From: Octopus bimaculoides
Taxonomy: Eukaryota
Direction of reading: 5' to 3'
Assembly: GCF_001194135.2 (NCBI RefSeq)
Contig: NC_068983.1
Location: forward strand, 159,823,868 to 159,887,867
Length of the DNA stretch: 64,000 nucleotides
Made by a program: the position numbers and the translations under genes. The notes beneath the pieces are model-generated. The model did not search any database. It saw only the letters and a list, made by a program, of their open reading frames with translations, and had not been told where the DNA came from. This document shows positions 63,136-64,000 of this stretch, piece after piece; position 1 is the first letter of the stretch, and each line of letters begins with the position of its first letter.

Positions 63136-63697
63136 AGCTACGTGACACACATATCTGTGTCCATTACAACCTTCGAACAGGGAAGGACTTCAGCTTCCCC
63201 TTGCCTGCTCAACATCCACAAACCTGTTCCGGAACACAGATTTGCGTGTCACATAGCTAGAGTCGATGGCTTCTGGGAGCTAATCAACGGCAGCATTCGT
63301 CCTATTTCTCTGGACTGCTTTGTTAGCTTGGCGATAAATATTAATATACAGAACTACTGCCGTAGTCTCCTTTAGAGAGATTTAGACATAATAATATTTC
63401 TATATTTGAAAATCAGTGAATGTGTTCCGCTGAATATATATAAATAAACCTTCGAAAAGACAGTCCACAGTTCGCCTTCTGGGTTCAGCTACTACACATT
63501 GATAAGGGGAAAATACCCTGAAACTGGACTATGGATGTTGAGCTATCAAAGGGAAGCTGATGACTTCCCCTGTTCGAAGGTTGTACTGGACACAGATTTG
63601 TGTGTCACATAGCTAGCTAGAGGCGATGGCCTCTCGTAGCTAATCAACGGTAGCATTCATCCTATTTCTCTAGACTGCCATGTTAGCATGGCGATAA
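63136..63697 (+). mobile_element. Penelope-like pseudo-LTR arrangement: an inverted segment plus a ~360 bp tandem unit
   Basis: 63136-63232 is the reverse complement of about 63518-63614. 63234-63337 directly repeats about 63590-63697. A hammerhead motif lies inside the unit. Confidence 0.65.
63493..63535 (+). ncRNA. Degenerate minimal hammerhead ribozyme motif, U3:A8 core
   Basis: UACACA-UUGAUAA-GGGG aaaaua CCCU-GAAAC-UG-GAC-UAUGGA. The inverted copy supplies GGAACAGGUU-UGUGGA. Together they suggest an ancestral GAAACCGGUC-UGUGGA. This copy has lost U16.1. Confidence 0.55.
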
Positions 63698-64000
63698 TTA
63701 TACACACATGCATATATACATACACACACACACACACGCACACACACACACACGCACACACACACACATACACACACACATACACACATATATATCGATA
63801 GATAAATTTCGCTTGAAGGTATATTCAAGTACTGTTTGAATATACACTCAGTAAAAGCAAAGTATATATTTGATTCTTCGTCTATTATTCAGGCTCCCTG
63901 TCAGTAAATCTTATAGAGATATGTTTAAAGGTGTTATAGAAATAACCACACAAACACAAACACCTATATATGTACGATAGTGTTTATATAGATATATATG

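Overview
This is AT-rich, microsatellite-saturated eukaryotic DNA from a gapped short-read assembly. The SINE families and the microsatellite load look like an octopod cephalopod; that is an inference from recalled repeat sequences and is not verified. I found no intact host gene, tRNA, rRNA or CRISPR array. Nearly all long ORFs in the track are microsatellite or N-gap artefacts. The window is a graveyard of decayed mobile elements: R4/Dong-like, Tx1-like, CR1-like and RTE-like LINEs, Penelope-like relics, several tRNA-derived SINE families, Tc1/mariner and piggyBac relics, and long-TIR MITE/foldback elements. The most interesting observations are five. (1) Two minimal hammerhead-ribozyme motifs lie in Penelope-like contexts, and both carry the compensatory U3:A8 core. 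(2) A decayed, intronless protein-kinase-like frame lies at about 24.1-24.7 kb. (3) A Tx1 LINE, an R4/Dong LINE and SINEs are nested in (TTA)n arrays. (4) A CR1 LINE and a SINE share a 3' tail. (5) A mariner 5' half is joined to a Tc1 3' end. I cannot support a claim that the window holds a new biological system. Coordinates were read by eye; the ends of decayed elements are approximate.
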